A DNA stretch of 52,065 nucleotides from Octopus sinensis (Eukaryota): contig NW_021833977.1 in the NCBI RefSeq assembly GCF_006345805.1, positions 1-52,065 on the forward strand, written 5' to 3'. The notes beneath the pieces were generated by a model that ran no database searches, was not told where the DNA came from, and saw nothing but the letters and a program-made list of their open reading frames with translations. Of this stretch, positions 1 through 13,505 are shown in pieces (the stretch's first letter is position 1; every line of letters starts with the position of its first letter). Both the position numbers and the translations under genes were made by a program.

Positions 1-29
1 CACAACACACACACATATATATATATACA

Positions 30-32
30 TAT

Positions 33-65
<33 letters not shown>

Positions 66-103
66 CAGATTGATAAATAGACAAGTAAATAAATAGATAA
101 ATT

Positions 104-186
<83 letters not shown>

Positions 187-235
187 TGATCGATCGATAG
201 ATAGATCGATGGATGGATGGGTAGATAGATAGATG
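30..235. repeat. (GATA)n microsatellite
   Basis: Long run of atag units, read directly. Confidence 0.97.
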
Positions 236-479
236 GATAAATTTTTAGACCGACGTCGTTTCTACATTTATGTTTCCACATATAGTATTATAATTTTTTC
301 TGTTTTGCCTTTAGAAGATTATTTTTTCTAAAGTTTTGTCCTAATTTACCTGGACGGTATAAACTGCCTAAACTGAATTACTGCTTACATTTTTATTAGT
401 CTAAAAATCCCGCCTTCATATGACTAAAGTTATTGTTACATCATTGGCCTTGTTAAAATAACTTATTACATAATATGCG

Positions 480-665
480 ATGAATGGCGTAATGCTTAGC
501 GGCCATTTCGTTCGTTCTTATTTTCCTTCTGAATTCAAAGGCCGCCGAAGCGGACTTTGCCCGTCATCCTGTTGGATGAATAAATATATATACCAGTTGA
601 ACACCGCAATCGACGCATTCCCGCCCTCGATATTGCTGGCTTTGTGCCAAAATTTGAAACCAATA
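480..665 (+). mobile_element. Diverged SINE-like family B copy
   Basis: aatgcttagcgg...tgaattcaaaggccgccgaagcggactttgcc...taccagttg aligns by eye to the better-preserved B copies. Confidence 0.6.
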
Positions 666-1309
666 TTATTCGTTAATAGAATCCTTTATATTATTTTACT
701 TCATCATTAATTCTCGCAAACATCCGTTTTAAACCCCACGACAGTAAGCAACAGAAAAAAATTATAAGCGAGTTTCAGCCATTGGACTCTCTCAAACATA
801 CGCAAAAAATAAAATTGCCTCCCAAAATATCTCCTTCGACAATCAATACGTCTGTTTTCTTGTCTTTGTATGTGCTTTTATCAGATTATCATTCGGTGAA
901 TTTATGAAATATTGATGTGCTTTGCAGTATCTGAAATGTCAAATGAAAGATGAAATTACGGAATAATATTCCATTATTCATCATTCATGCATTATAATAC
1001 GTCATCTAATTTAATTAAATTTGTTGTATGCAATACGTATTAGATAATTAGTTATTTTGGGTTTTGCTTTTATGCGATAATATCCTCAGAAAAAAACTTG
1101 TCGCAGCTATGATATTTAAACTTTCGACTGGTTCAATATATTGTTTTGTTGGTTTCAGCCAGGCACCGTGGCCATACTGGGGCACCGCTTTTCAATGTGA
1201 CTGTGTTTCTTTTCTGTATTATTTATAGCCAAGTAGCATGTTGACAGAGCTGTTCTTCTGGTCTTCTTTGTTCCTCATATTTATATATATTATATATACA
1301 ATATATATA

Positions 1310-1391
<82 letters not shown>

Positions 1392-1416
1392 ATAATATAT
1401 ATATTATAATCAGTAT

Positions 1417-1780
1417 GGCGCAGGAGTGGCTGTGTGGTAAGTAGCTTGCTAACCAACCACATGGTTCCGGGTTCAGTCCCACTGCGGGCCGACCAATGCC
1501 TTGTGAGTGCATTTGGTAGACGGAAACTGAAAGAAGCCTGTCGTATATATGTATATATATGTATGTGTGTGTGTTTGTGTGTCTGTGTTTATCTCCCTAG
1601 CATTGCTTGACAACCGATGCTGGTGTGTTTGCGTCTCCGTCACTTAGCGGTTCGGCAAAAGAGACCGATAGAATAAGTACTTGGTTTACAAAGAATAAGT
1701 CCCGGGATCGACTTGCTCGATTGAAGGCGGTGCTCCAGCATGGCCGCAGTCAAATGACTGAAACAAGTAAAAGAGTAAAA
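1417..1780 (+). mobile_element. tRNA-derived SINE family A, near full length, about 35-bp internal deletion near 1485
   Basis: Head ggcgcaggagtggctgtgtggtaag (A box) and ggttcagtccc (B box), central (TA)/(TG) tract, tail catggccgcagtcaaatgactgaaacaagtaaaagagt; same sequence recurs across the window. Confidence 0.93.
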
Positions 1781-1988
1781 ATAGTATATGACTTAACTTA
1801 TTAAACACAGTTCAACAAATTCATTCATATTTGTGAAATGAAGAAGATTCGATGTTAATTAGGATTAGAATTTTTGTTTTTCATATTGCTATACAAGTGT
1901 TTCATACGAATCAACCCCGATCTTCATAAATAGAAAATTGTAATAGTCATACTTGTACTCCTCGGTAGCTAATATATTTAAAGGAATA

Positions 1989-2195
1989 AGGTGGTGAGCT
2001 TGCAGAAACGTTAGCACGCCAGGCGAAATGTTTAGCGGTGTTTCGTTTGTGTTTGCGTTCTGAGTTCAAATCCCGCCGAGGTCGACTTTGCCTTTAATCT
2101 TCTCGGAGTCGATAAATTAAGTACCAGTTGCGTACTGTGTTCGATCTAATCGACTGGCCACCTCCCCCGAGGTATCTAGAGCAGAAAAGAAAATA
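1989..2195 (+). mobile_element. SINE-like family B copy
   Basis: gagcttgcagaaacgttagcacgcc...gagttcaaatcccgccgaggtcgactttgcc...taagtaccagttgcgtac, multicopy in the window. Confidence 0.88.
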
Positions 2196-2737
2196 CTTAA
2201 AGATGAAAAAAGTACATAGGTTTGTTTCTTAGTTATCATTTCATGGGATTTATATATTCGTTCTTCCAGTCACGCTTATTTGAATGTAGGCTAAAAAGAA
2301 AGTATAGGACGTGGCTGCCAATATATAAAATATTACATGTACAAATCATGTATTTAAGCGACTTTTTTTTGTATTTCCTTTAAGTATATTACCTACTGAG
2401 GGGTACAAGTATGACTATTACGATGTTCTATTCATGAATATCGGGCTCAACCTCTATGAAACAACTGTATAGCAATATGAAAAATAAAAAATTACAATCT
2501 ATTTTAACATCCAGTCTCATTCATTGCATAAGTATGAATGAATTTATTGAACTTTGTTTAATAAGTTAAGTCATATACTGATTATTTCAATACAAGCTTT
2601 CATACCTATACGAATTTTAAAAAATTCCTATGTAAAGTATGAAGAAAAGACATTAGAAATCAATGAAAAAATTTCAGTTAAAGGACGAACTTACAGTCAT
2701 AAAATATATATAATATAAAATATATATATATATTCAT

Positions 2738-3015
2738 TGTGACAGTTATTAGGTAGCCATGATATAACTCCGAGTTTCGAATGTCGGGCGAAAACCCCCG
2801 CCGTCATCTCTTCAGTTATCCGGCCATAGCATTTTTTTCGATGGCTGGATAACTAAAGAGTCTGCGGCGAAGGTTTCCGCCCCGACATTCGAAATTCGGA
2901 GTTTTATCATGGCTACCGAATAATTGTCACATATTACATTTACAGATAAATTCCTCTATTTACATAATATCGAGGTATTTTTCATGCATTTGTTGTTTTA
3001 CCACCATTTCTATTA
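2738..3015. mobile_element. Palindromic MITE/fold-back-like element, copy 1
   Basis: 2738-2931 is a near end-to-end imperfect palindrome (tgtgacagttattaggtagccatgata ... tatcatggctaccgaataattgtcaca); a related copy lies at 15091-15310. Confidence 0.8.
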
Positions 3016-3017
3016 AT

Positions 3018-3107
<90 letters not shown>

Positions 3108-3364
3108 TTATAAATATATACATACATGTATGCATGCATTTTTATGTGGATATATACACATTATATATATACAATACACACACTCACACACAAACAATGC
3201 ACAAATTTCTCAGGACTTCGGTTATTTTTGTAAATTCTGTCCATAATAACAATAATAATAAAAATATCATAGTAATAACAATATCAACAACAACAACAAC
3301 AGGAATATGATCTCGTGATCGCAAGGGCAACACCCTAACAACTAAACAAATATTGATAATAATG

Positions 3365-3758
3365 GTTTTAAATTTTGCAAAAAAGGCAACCATTTTTGAG
3401 AGAGGATGTCTCGATTATATCGACCCCATTACGTAACGGGTACTTATTATTTCATTGATTCCGAAAGGACAAAAGACAAAGTCGCCCTCGGCGGAATTTG
3501 AACAAAGAACATAGCTGCAGACAAAATACCTATTTCTTTACTACCCACAAGAGGCTAAATATAAAGAGGACAAACAAGGACAGACAAACGGATTAAGTCG
3601 ATTATATCGACCCCAGTGGGTAACTGGTACTTATTTAATAGACCCCGAAAGGATGAAAGCCAAAGTCGACCTCGGCGGAATTTGAACTCAGAACGTAACG
3701 GCAGGCGAAATACTGCTAAGCATTTCGTCTGGCGTGCAAACGATTCTGCCAGCTCATC
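3365..3758 (-). mobile_element. SINE-like family B head-to-tail dimer
   Basis: Two successive B bodies joined after the tail cttgtgggtagtaaagaaata. Confidence 0.85.
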
Positions 3759-3769
3759 ACGTTATCCAA

Positions 3770-3798
3770 TAACAATAACAAGAACAATAATAATAATG

Positions 3799-3835
<37 letters not shown>

Positions 3836-3849
3836 TACTAATAATAATA

Positions 3850-3931
<82 letters not shown>

Positions 3932-3982
3932 TAATAATAATAATAATAATAATAGTTAATAATAATAATAATGATAATAATA

Positions 3983-4080
<98 letters not shown>

Positions 4081-4205
4081 TGTAGTAGTAGTTGTTGTTG
4101 TTGTAGCTGTAGCAGTTGTCGAAGCAGGAATATATACATACACACACACACACACACACACATACTCACTAACATACACACGCACACACACACACACACA
4201 GGCGC
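3770..4205. repeat. Compound (AAT)n/(AGT)n/(CA)n microsatellite
   Basis: Read directly; explains the poly-I/N/S/T ORFs. Confidence 0.97.
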
Positions 4206-6452
4206 GCGCGCACGCAGATACACACATATTACAGGAATATGGACATTTTTTTTCTCAAACTTGCAACAAATCAGATGAAGCGGAAGAAAAAACTGGATTT
4301 CTATTATCTCGATTCCGCCTTTCGCGAATTGACTTTTTTGACTGATCCCTGACGTTGTCACAAAATGTCAACCATTTTACGGAATAATCGTCTTCCAGCA
4401 TAGATATATGGTTATGCGCCATACATTTTTTTTAGATTAATAAAAGGTAGAATGATTATAGGTGGCGGCTGTGTGTGTGTGTGGGGGGGGGGGGTTGGGG
4501 GTTAGGTGAAATTGGAAACATGCAAGAGTTGGACTAAATATGGCTAAACATTTCTGAAGAAGAATAGATCAATATGTAAAATCGAGAAAGGGAAACCTGT
4601 AATGAAAAATGGAGTGGGGTGCATTTGCGTTGTAGTGTAGATTCAGTAGGACAAAGAAAAGAAAGAAATAACAATAATAATAATAATTCTTTTTTGTTTT
4701 TATTTTTTGATTTGTGCACGGTGCCTACACTATTGAGGAGGAGGAGGAGGAGGGGTTTTGTGGATGCCATTTACATTAGCAAGTCGAGATTGTTTCTTTT
4801 TATTGTATCGAAATTCAAAGTTGATCTCAGTCGGATATGAAGAAAAAAAAAAGAAAAAAAAGGAAAAAGAAAGAAAACGATAAGTGTCGGAAGAATTACC
4901 GCAATGCATTCTTCAGACGTTCGAGCGATTCTGCCAATACATCGACCCCCCCAAAATGGCTCCTAATTTAAGCAGAAGCCAGTAATATTGATGGCCAAAT
5001 GCTGGTGGTAACAGTGGCATTGGTGGTGGTGGTGGGTTAATCGATTAAATCGTCACTGATTCTTGAATGGTGCATTTTGTTTTTATATCGAGTTTCGGAT
5101 GTCTGAAATGTAAAACTGATCTCAGAGGGATTTTTTTAAACCTCGGAACATAAAGACCCTGAACAAATACTGCAAGGCAGAATAAATTGATTAATGAATG
5201 ACAAAATAAATTAAAGTCATTGAAGACTATAATATGGTTAAATTTTTATAATGAGGTAATTTCGTGGGTGAAGCTCATAGCAAGCCGCTTGCGTAAGGGT
5301 ATGTTTTCAGATTTTTTACCATAGCTGTCTTCGTGTTTATGTACACTGCCTGAAAAGGAAAATAAACTGGTGTTCCGTTTATGCTCCATGATATGGATGG
5401 TCGACAAATACAGAGAGGATGGTCGTGATAAGTTCCATTCTTAAAAATAATGACGGGGAATCGATATGATTGACTAAAACCCTTCAAAGCTGTGCCCCAG
5501 AATGGCTGCAGTTCAACCACTGAAAGAAGCAAAAGAATGCAAGAATTCAAAAACGTAAGAAAAAGAAATATCGCAACAAAAATATAGAAATGTTAGTAGG
5601 GCGGCGGGGGAAACTGATAAGGCAAAAATGAGAGACAAAATATGAAAACAAAAATACGGAAGAATATTAGCAAAAATATAAAAAGGAATGGAATAAATAA
5701 TGAATTGTAGAACAAACATACACGTCAACCAGAATCTACAGTCTTAGAGTAAAGGAAGCGAAAATGGTGACAAGCAAGATCTATGGAAACTTGCAGGGGA
5801 ATATTTTGTGTTTTTTTTTATATACTCGCAAATATTTTATCCGCTTTTATATTATATGAATTTTTTTCTTTCCATTGTTCGGTTTTCTTCTCTCTCATTT
5901 AGCTTTCAGGCTTTATAACTGCGCATGTGCATACACACATAATTCCTATCAAAATGTATGTTTTTTTTTTTTTTATTAACATTTTTTCCTCTTGTTTTTC
6001 ACATATTTGTTTGTTTGTGGTACATTAAATTATTCTATAGGGGAATAACGAGGAAGTTAGTCTTATTTTTCTGTGAGCATATAAATAGATACGTGTGTGT
6101 ATGTGTGTGTGTGCATGTATGTGTGCGTTTGTATGTACTCTATAAATATGCATAGTCTATGAATGTGTACATTACTATATATACATAATTTTGTGCATAT
6201 GTATGTCCATAGACCTGTATATGCATACACACATCTATACACACATTTATAGTCACACAAACCATACACATACACATGCACTTACACACGTACAAAAGCA
6301 CAGGCACACACACATATAATACATATGTAATATATATATACACACAGACTGTTGTATTTGGGGATGGTCATGTTGCCAGTTTAGCCAACAATATCTATTT
6401 CAACACACGAATTCACATCAAGATTCTTGCAAATAAAACGAATATATATATA

Positions 6453-6872
6453 GGCGCAGGAGTCGCAGTGTGGTAAGCAGCTTGCTTGCCAACCACATGG
6501 TGCTGGGTTCAGTCCCACTTCTTGGCAAAATAAGTGTTTTTTACTATATCCTCGGGCCGACCAAAGCCTTATGAGTGGATTTGGTAGAGGGAAACTGAAA
6601 GAAGCCCATCGTACATATATATATGTGTGTGTGTGTGTCTTTGTGTGATTGTGTATACGTTTGTGAGTCTCTTTGTCCCCCCGACATCACTTGAAAACCG
6701 ATATCGGTGTGTTTACGTCAGCGTAACCTGGCGGTTCAGCAAAAGAGCCCTATAGAATAAGTACTAGGCTTACAGAGAATAAATCCTGGGGACAATTTGC
6801 TCGACTAACAACGCTTCTCCAGCATGGCCGCAGTCAAATGACTGAAACAAGTAAAATAATAAAAGAATAAAA
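6453..6872 (+). mobile_element. SINE family A, full length, moderately diverged
   Basis: Head, central microsatellite and tail all match the other A copies. Confidence 0.9.
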
Positions 6873-7052
6873 GTATACATATATATATATATATATATAT
6901 ATAACACATACATACATACATACATATATATATATACATATATACATATATATATATATGTATGTATGTATGCATATGTATGTATATATATATGTATCTA
7001 TATATCTATCTATCTATCTATCTATATATATATATATCTATATCTATATATG

Positions 7053-7139
<87 letters not shown>

Positions 7140-7144
<5 letters not shown>

Positions 7145-7309
7145 TCAACAGGCTTCTTTTAGTGTCTGCTTAACAATTTCTCTTACAATGCCATGGTGAG
7201 TCGAGGCTACTATGCTAGAACACACTCGGCTAAGGTGCCACGTAGTAGGACTGAACCCGGAACCATGTGGTTGGGAAGGAAGATTCTTATCACACGACCA
7301 CACCTGCAC

Positions 7310-7310
<1 letters not shown>
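7140..7310 (-). mobile_element. SINE family A 5' half
   Basis: Reverse complement of head ggtgcaggtgtggtcgtgtg...ggttcagtcc. Confidence 0.8.
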
Positions 7311-7396
<86 letters not shown>

Positions 7397-7407
7397 ATGT
7401 GTGTGTG

Positions 7408-7695
7408 TGGAGGCGCAATAGCCCAGTATTTAGGGCAGCGAATTCGCGGTCGTAGGATCGCGGTTTCGATTCCCAGACTGGGCGTTTTGAGTGTTTATTG
7501 AGCAAAAACGCCTAAAGATCCATGAGTCTCCGGCAGGGGTGGTGGTGATCCCTGCTGTACTCTTTCGCTGCAACTTTCTTTCACTCTTTCCCCTGTTGGC
7601 CTGCTCGCTTAGAAGGCTAAAACAATGCGAAACGCATTGTGACCAGCGGTGTGTAGCAACATCTGATAGCCTGGTCGGTCACGTGATCACGTGAT
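7408..7695 (+). mobile_element. tRNA-derived SINE family D with RTE-like 3' tail
   Basis: tRNA-like head (tagcccagtatttagggc, gtttcgattccc); tail recurs at 14895-15012 and resembles the RTE 3' end at 37002-37068. Confidence 0.8.
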
Positions 7696-7747
7696 ATATA
7701 TATATATATAATATATATAGATATATATATATATATATATATATACT

Positions 7748-7857
7748 TCTGAGACCCCTTCGGTTATGACACAACACGCAGCCCGGTACTGGATTCGAAC
7801 TCACAACCTTCACATCGTAACCTCGACGCTCTAACCACTGAGCCATGCACCTTCATA
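7748..7857 (-). mobile_element. Internally deleted SINE family C (head fused to tail)
   Basis: Head matches 39120-39205; the terminal tgagaccccttcggttatgac matches 38871-38893; the middle is absent. Confidence 0.8.
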
Positions 7858-8719
7858 TATATATATACAGTTAGAGAGAGAGAGAGTGGGGAGAGAAAAA
7901 GAAAGACAGAATGTATATATGCATATATGGATATATATATATGTGTGTTTACTTTTATGCGTAGGCGGTTGTTAGTTACCTGTATACTATTGTAGGCCCA
8001 CGGCCCACAGGTACACACCGACACATAGGCAAATAAGTACGAACACACTGAGGCACATACTCTTCTATCTGACATAACAGAAAATACATTCATCGTTACA
8101 GTGCTCTCATTTTCAATGCTTCTTTGTCTTCAATTTTCAATGGGAGTCAGTCAAGCGTGACGGTTTCAAACCAGGGACTGCGTTGCTCCGTATGATGAGG
8201 AATAAAGCTTCACTCAGCCTCCATTTCCCCTACCTCCCATCCTCACTGCTCATCCTCTGCTGAAGGTCTTCCCGACATGCACTGCCTACAAGTACTTCAT
8301 GTTCAAACATACTTCTTTCTACCTGTTTGTTTATCTTCCTTTTCCTCATCCTTTTCATTTGTTCCACACCCCTTTCATCCCCCTTCTTTCGCTCCCCTCT
8401 CTCCCTTCTAATATAAGTGTGAACGTGTACTATGAATATATACGTACATACAAGCACATAAATGCATATATATACATATATACATATATGTGTATGTGTG
8501 TATGTATAACCAAGTATGTATATAACGTATATGCATATATATATGCGTGTATATATGTGTGTGTGTGTGCGTGTGTGCGTATGTACATCTATACAATGTA
8601 CGCACACACACTCACAAACACGCGTTCAGGCACAAATACATACACACACATATATATACAAACATATGTATGTATATATGTGTGTATATCTGTGCGTGTG
8701 TATGTGTGTATACATACAA

Positions 8720-8773
<54 letters not shown>

Positions 8774-9114
8774 TAACGTACATATGCATATCACTCAAAA
8801 TGTTATACATATAAGTGTGCATGTGTATTTGTGTGTGCGTCTGAGTGTGCGTGTATGTGTCTGTGTCTGTGTGTATTTTAACTTCATTATCTCTTAGTCA
8901 CCCACCTTTCCCTCTATTTTTCATTGAAAGAACAAATCAAACAAAATGGCCGACTTTTTCTCTTTTATCCGTTTGTTTGAAATACAAGGAGAGAAATTAT
9001 TCGGGTGACTAAACCCGAAATCAAAATTTCAGTTATGATTAAATGATACATCAACAATACTTTTAAAGATTATATAATTATACACATGCACATGTATACA
9101 CATTCGCAAGTTTT

Positions 9115-9174
<60 letters not shown>

Positions 9175-9479
9175 ACGAACACTACACTCAGCCACGAGAA
9201 CATATATATGCTAAAATTTGCTAGTATCAGGGTTTGTGTATACGTGTTCGCATGTGGAGCATTTCAGTTAGATAATGTCATTGTTTTATTTATCAGTCCA
9301 CCTGTTCCTTTACGTGGGCGATACCCTGTATGTGTCTGTCTATCTGTCTATCTGTCTCTCAGTATTTGTCAGTTTTATTTTTTTACTTTTCGTACGGCGG
9401 TCTTGCACTTTTTATCCTTTAGTCATTCGTACTGCTCACGTGTAAGTACATGCAGCATACGCTTGTCTATGTTTATATA

Positions 9480-10498
9480 CAGGGGTTGGACAAAATAATG
9501 GAAACACCTAGCATCATAACATCATAATTTTATAATATGTATGAAGCCGTCAAAGCTTGTTTTTTATGCTTTTTTGATTTATTATTATTGCTTAATATGT
9601 TTTGCTAAAATTGCTGTTCCTTTCAGATATCATCAGAAAAAGGTCATTAAGATTCAGTAAAATGATGGATCTATCGGACTTTCAAAGAGGTTAAATAGTT
9701 GGTCCTCGTATGGCAGGCGCTAGCATAACGAAAACAGACGAAATATTTGGTGTATCAAGAAGTACTATCTCGAAAGTAATGACAGCCTTTGAGAAAGAAA
9801 GAAAGACTTCCTCGTCGAAACAAAACTCCGCAAGAAAACCTAAACTTTCAGATAGGGACCGTCGGACTCTTACGCGAATTGTTAGAAATGATCACAAAAG
9901 TACAGCTCCCAAAATTACTGCAGAGTTTAATGAACACCTCGAGAACACAGTTTCCACAAAAACTGTTTGCCAGGAGCTGCACAAAGCTAGATTTCATGGG
10001 AGGGCTCCAATAAAAAACTACTACTTTCAAAAATAAACGTGGCAATGCGTTTAAAGTGGAGTAAAAATCTACAAGAATTCGTCCCTATAGCAGTAGGAGA
10101 ATGTTATTTTCTCAGACGAGTCATCCTTTACCTTATTTCCGACCACCGGCCGAGTATACGTATGGAGACAGCCAAAAGAAGCATTTGATGCAGACTGCCT
10201 TCTTCCTGCTGTTAAACACGGAAGAGAGGAGGATCTGTGATGATCTGGGGTGCTATATCTTTGAAATCCGCCAGCCCAATGGTTTCCCTTTATGGCAGAA
10301 TTAATAGTCAAGACTATTTAAGCATTTTATCTGATCAAATTCGTCCTATATTTGCGGAACTGTTTCCGAAGGGAATCGCAACCTTTCAGGATGATAATGC
10401 ACCAATTCACACAGCTAAAGTTGTTACTGAATGGTGCGAGAAACATTCTAGTGAAGTTGAACATCTTATCTGGCCACCACAATCCCCAGATCTCAATA
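9480..10498 (+). mobile_element. Tc1-like DNA transposon, left TIR plus decayed transposase, 3'-truncated
   Basis: TA then caggggttggacaaaataatggaaacacc; transposase from 9662 (MMDLSDFQRG*, HTH, RKPKLSDRDRR, FSDES, GGSVMIWG, FQDDNAPIH, WPPQSPDLN) with a stop and frameshifts; no right TIR seen. Confidence 0.93.
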
Positions 10499-10691
10499 AG
10501 AATTATATGGTTAATGGACAATATGTCCAATTTTTCGGCATACTTGGCATTAGAAATTTTTTCCTTTGCCCTCACTTATGAATTGTTTATAAATTTAACC
10601 GTTAAAGGTATTTTTTAATATGCTGGCCATTGATAAAATTCTTTTCGAAAAAATTTTTTTTCGAAAACAATCTTATCCTACATTAGTTATA

Positions 10692-10744
<53 letters not shown>

Positions 10745-10745
<1 letters not shown>

Positions 10746-10960
10746 GTGTGTATTTGTGTCTGGGTGTGTGTCCCCACCATCGGTAGACAACCGGTGTTGC
10801 TGAGTTTACGTCCCCGTGATCTGGTGGTTCGGCAAAACGGGAACGATACAATAAGTACAACTCTGACAAAGACAACTTCCTGGGGTCGATTTCTCCGCCT
10901 AAAAGACCTTCCAGTGCGGTGCTCCAGCGTGGCCGCAGTCAAATGACTGAAACAAATAAA
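10745..10960 (+). mobile_element. SINE family A 3' half
   Basis: ccggtgttgctgagtttacgtccccgt...gtggccgcagtcaaatgactgaaac. Confidence 0.85.
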
Positions 10961-11537
10961 AGAACAAGAATGTGCCATATGTACCATAATAAGGATCGTA
11001 ATTTTCCCTAAAATATCCCAAATTCCTGATTTCATTGCAATTTGCTCATCAAGATTTGCATTCCTGATCAATAAAGCACTAATATATTTAGAGATCAAAT
11101 CCTGCCAAGGCCGACTTCACTTTTTATCTTTGTGGGGGCCTTTTGAGTACTGGGATCGAGATAATCGATTTACCTCTCTTCGAGATTGCTGCCCTTGTTT
11201 CAGAATTCGAAATCAAGGCTAAGAGGCTGAGATTTAGAAATCATGCAAGGCTGAAAGGCTGATGAAAAAAAAAATACATATTTATAAATATTGATTATGA
11301 GGGATTCAAGTTGGTATTGTTGCAAAGATTTCTTCGTAACAGAGTCTCATTCCAATTTCGTTCCTTACCAAATTCATTTACTGCCGGTGAAGAGATTATC
11401 TAGCACGTTTGCCAATAGCTGCAAAAGATTTCTATTGATGGTAAATGAATGATTGCCACAACACATCACTTGCTTTGCTTACGCTAATGGCTTACAATGG
11501 TAAGCCATTACAATGGCAAAAGAGAGAGAGAGAGAGA

Positions 11538-11577
<40 letters not shown>

Positions 11578-11814
11578 GTGAAATGTTTAGAAAGTGTAGA
11601 GCAGCGAGATGTGAAGCGATAGAAAGAGAGGGGTAGGAATGAGTGATTGAAAACAGAGGAATAAAAGAGAGAGAGGGGGGGTGTAAAAAAAGGTGAAATA
11701 GAGCGAACAATAAGAGAAAGAGAGGAAATATAGACGAGAGAAGAGGAAAGGGGAGACAAACCAGTGACAAAGGAGAAGATAGAAGAGGCGAATGGAAGCG
11801 AGAGGGATGAGGAC

Positions 11815-11852
<38 letters not shown>

Positions 11853-11919
11853 CAGACCGTTTGGTCTATGCATCTTCTGATAGTTTGTCCTGCTTCGTAA
11901 TAGTCATCTCCACCACCAC

Positions 11920-12506
11920 CACTACCACTACCACCACCACCACCATCATCATCCTCATCATCATCATCATCTTCATCATCATCATTATCATCAACACCGC
12001 CACCACATCCATCAACAGTACTACCACCACCACCACTGTCATTATCATCATCATTGTCGTCATCATCATCATCACCGCCACCTCCACAACCACCAATACT
12101 ACCACTATCGTCATCGTCATTGCCATCACCATCAACAACACCATCACCATCATCATCACCACTAGAAGCACCATCATCACAACCGCCACAATCATCCCCA
12201 ACACCATCACTTGTATCGTCAACGCCAACACCACCGTCAACAACCATCACCACCACTAAAGCCATCAACACCGCCACAAGAATCCATAGTCACATCCCGC
12301 CTTCATCACCCAACACCTTCACCCCCAATCCCCACCACCAACTCCATCACTACAACCTCCACTACCAGCACCAGCACCACCGTAACCACCAACAACACCA
12401 CCATTACCTTCATCAGACTCCCACCTTCACCCAACCCCGCTCCACTCCCACCATCATGTCCGCCACGACATCCACCTCCACCTCCAGCACCACTACAACC
12501 ATCACC

Positions 12507-12538
<32 letters not shown>

Positions 12539-12654
12539 CACAACACCATCATCACTATCACCAATACCTCAAGAACCACTTCCATTAATACCATTACAAT
12601 CGAACCCAGTTACCCTACTACTACTACTACTACCACCACCACCACAACCACCAT

Positions 12655-12718
<64 letters not shown>

Positions 12719-12720
12719 GC
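11920..12720. repeat. Cryptic trinucleotide repeat (CAC/CAT/AAC/TAC)
   Basis: Read directly. Confidence 0.95.
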
Positions 12721-13029
12721 CTTTCTATTCCCTCTCTTCCCCGTTAATTATATCTCAACTTTTCTATTCTCTTCTTTATCTAAACCAATGAATGAACCTG
12801 CATGTCGGGCCTGAAACACGAGTCCACCTGTAGTGAATTAGGTAATTAGTTTTACCTGAAACCTCAGCTGTTTAACTCAACCTTTTGTTCAACAAAAATT
12901 GAGGATCCAGGTGTGTAATGAGAGCATAGCATCATAGCAAGAAAGCTTTATTTTATTTTATTTTTTTCACTTCTATAACGAATTTCAATTATCAATCTTT
13001 CAAAACTTGAGCGACATAGAGCGAATAGC

Positions 13030-13042
13030 AATAATAATAATG

Positions 13043-13076
<34 letters not shown>

Positions 13077-13087
13077 TGATGATAATG

Positions 13088-13123
<36 letters not shown>

Positions 13124-13208
13124 TTAATAATAATAATGATAATAATAAAAATAATAATAATATAATAATAATGATGATGATAATAATAATAATAATAATA
13201 ATAATAAT

Positions 13209-13261
<53 letters not shown>

Positions 13262-13463
13262 TAATAATAATAATAATATTAATAATAATAATAAAAATAA
13301 TATTAATAATAATAATAATAATAATATAATAATATTAATAATAATAATGATAACAATAATAATAATATTAATAATAATAATGATAATAATAATAATAATA
13401 CGATTAATAATAATAATAATAATAATAATGATAATAATAATAATAATATTATTATTAATAATA

Positions 13464-13505
<42 letters not shown>

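Noticed and set aside
1607-1804. Recurrent short ORF family (..PSLSGSAKETDRIST..; also MRNWYLIYRPRKD..)
   Set aside because: Incidental frames inside SINE A and B, disrupted differently in each copy.
8100-8300. Exon or LINE tail in a GC-richer island
   Set aside because: No convincing splice pair or recognisable motif; left unassigned.
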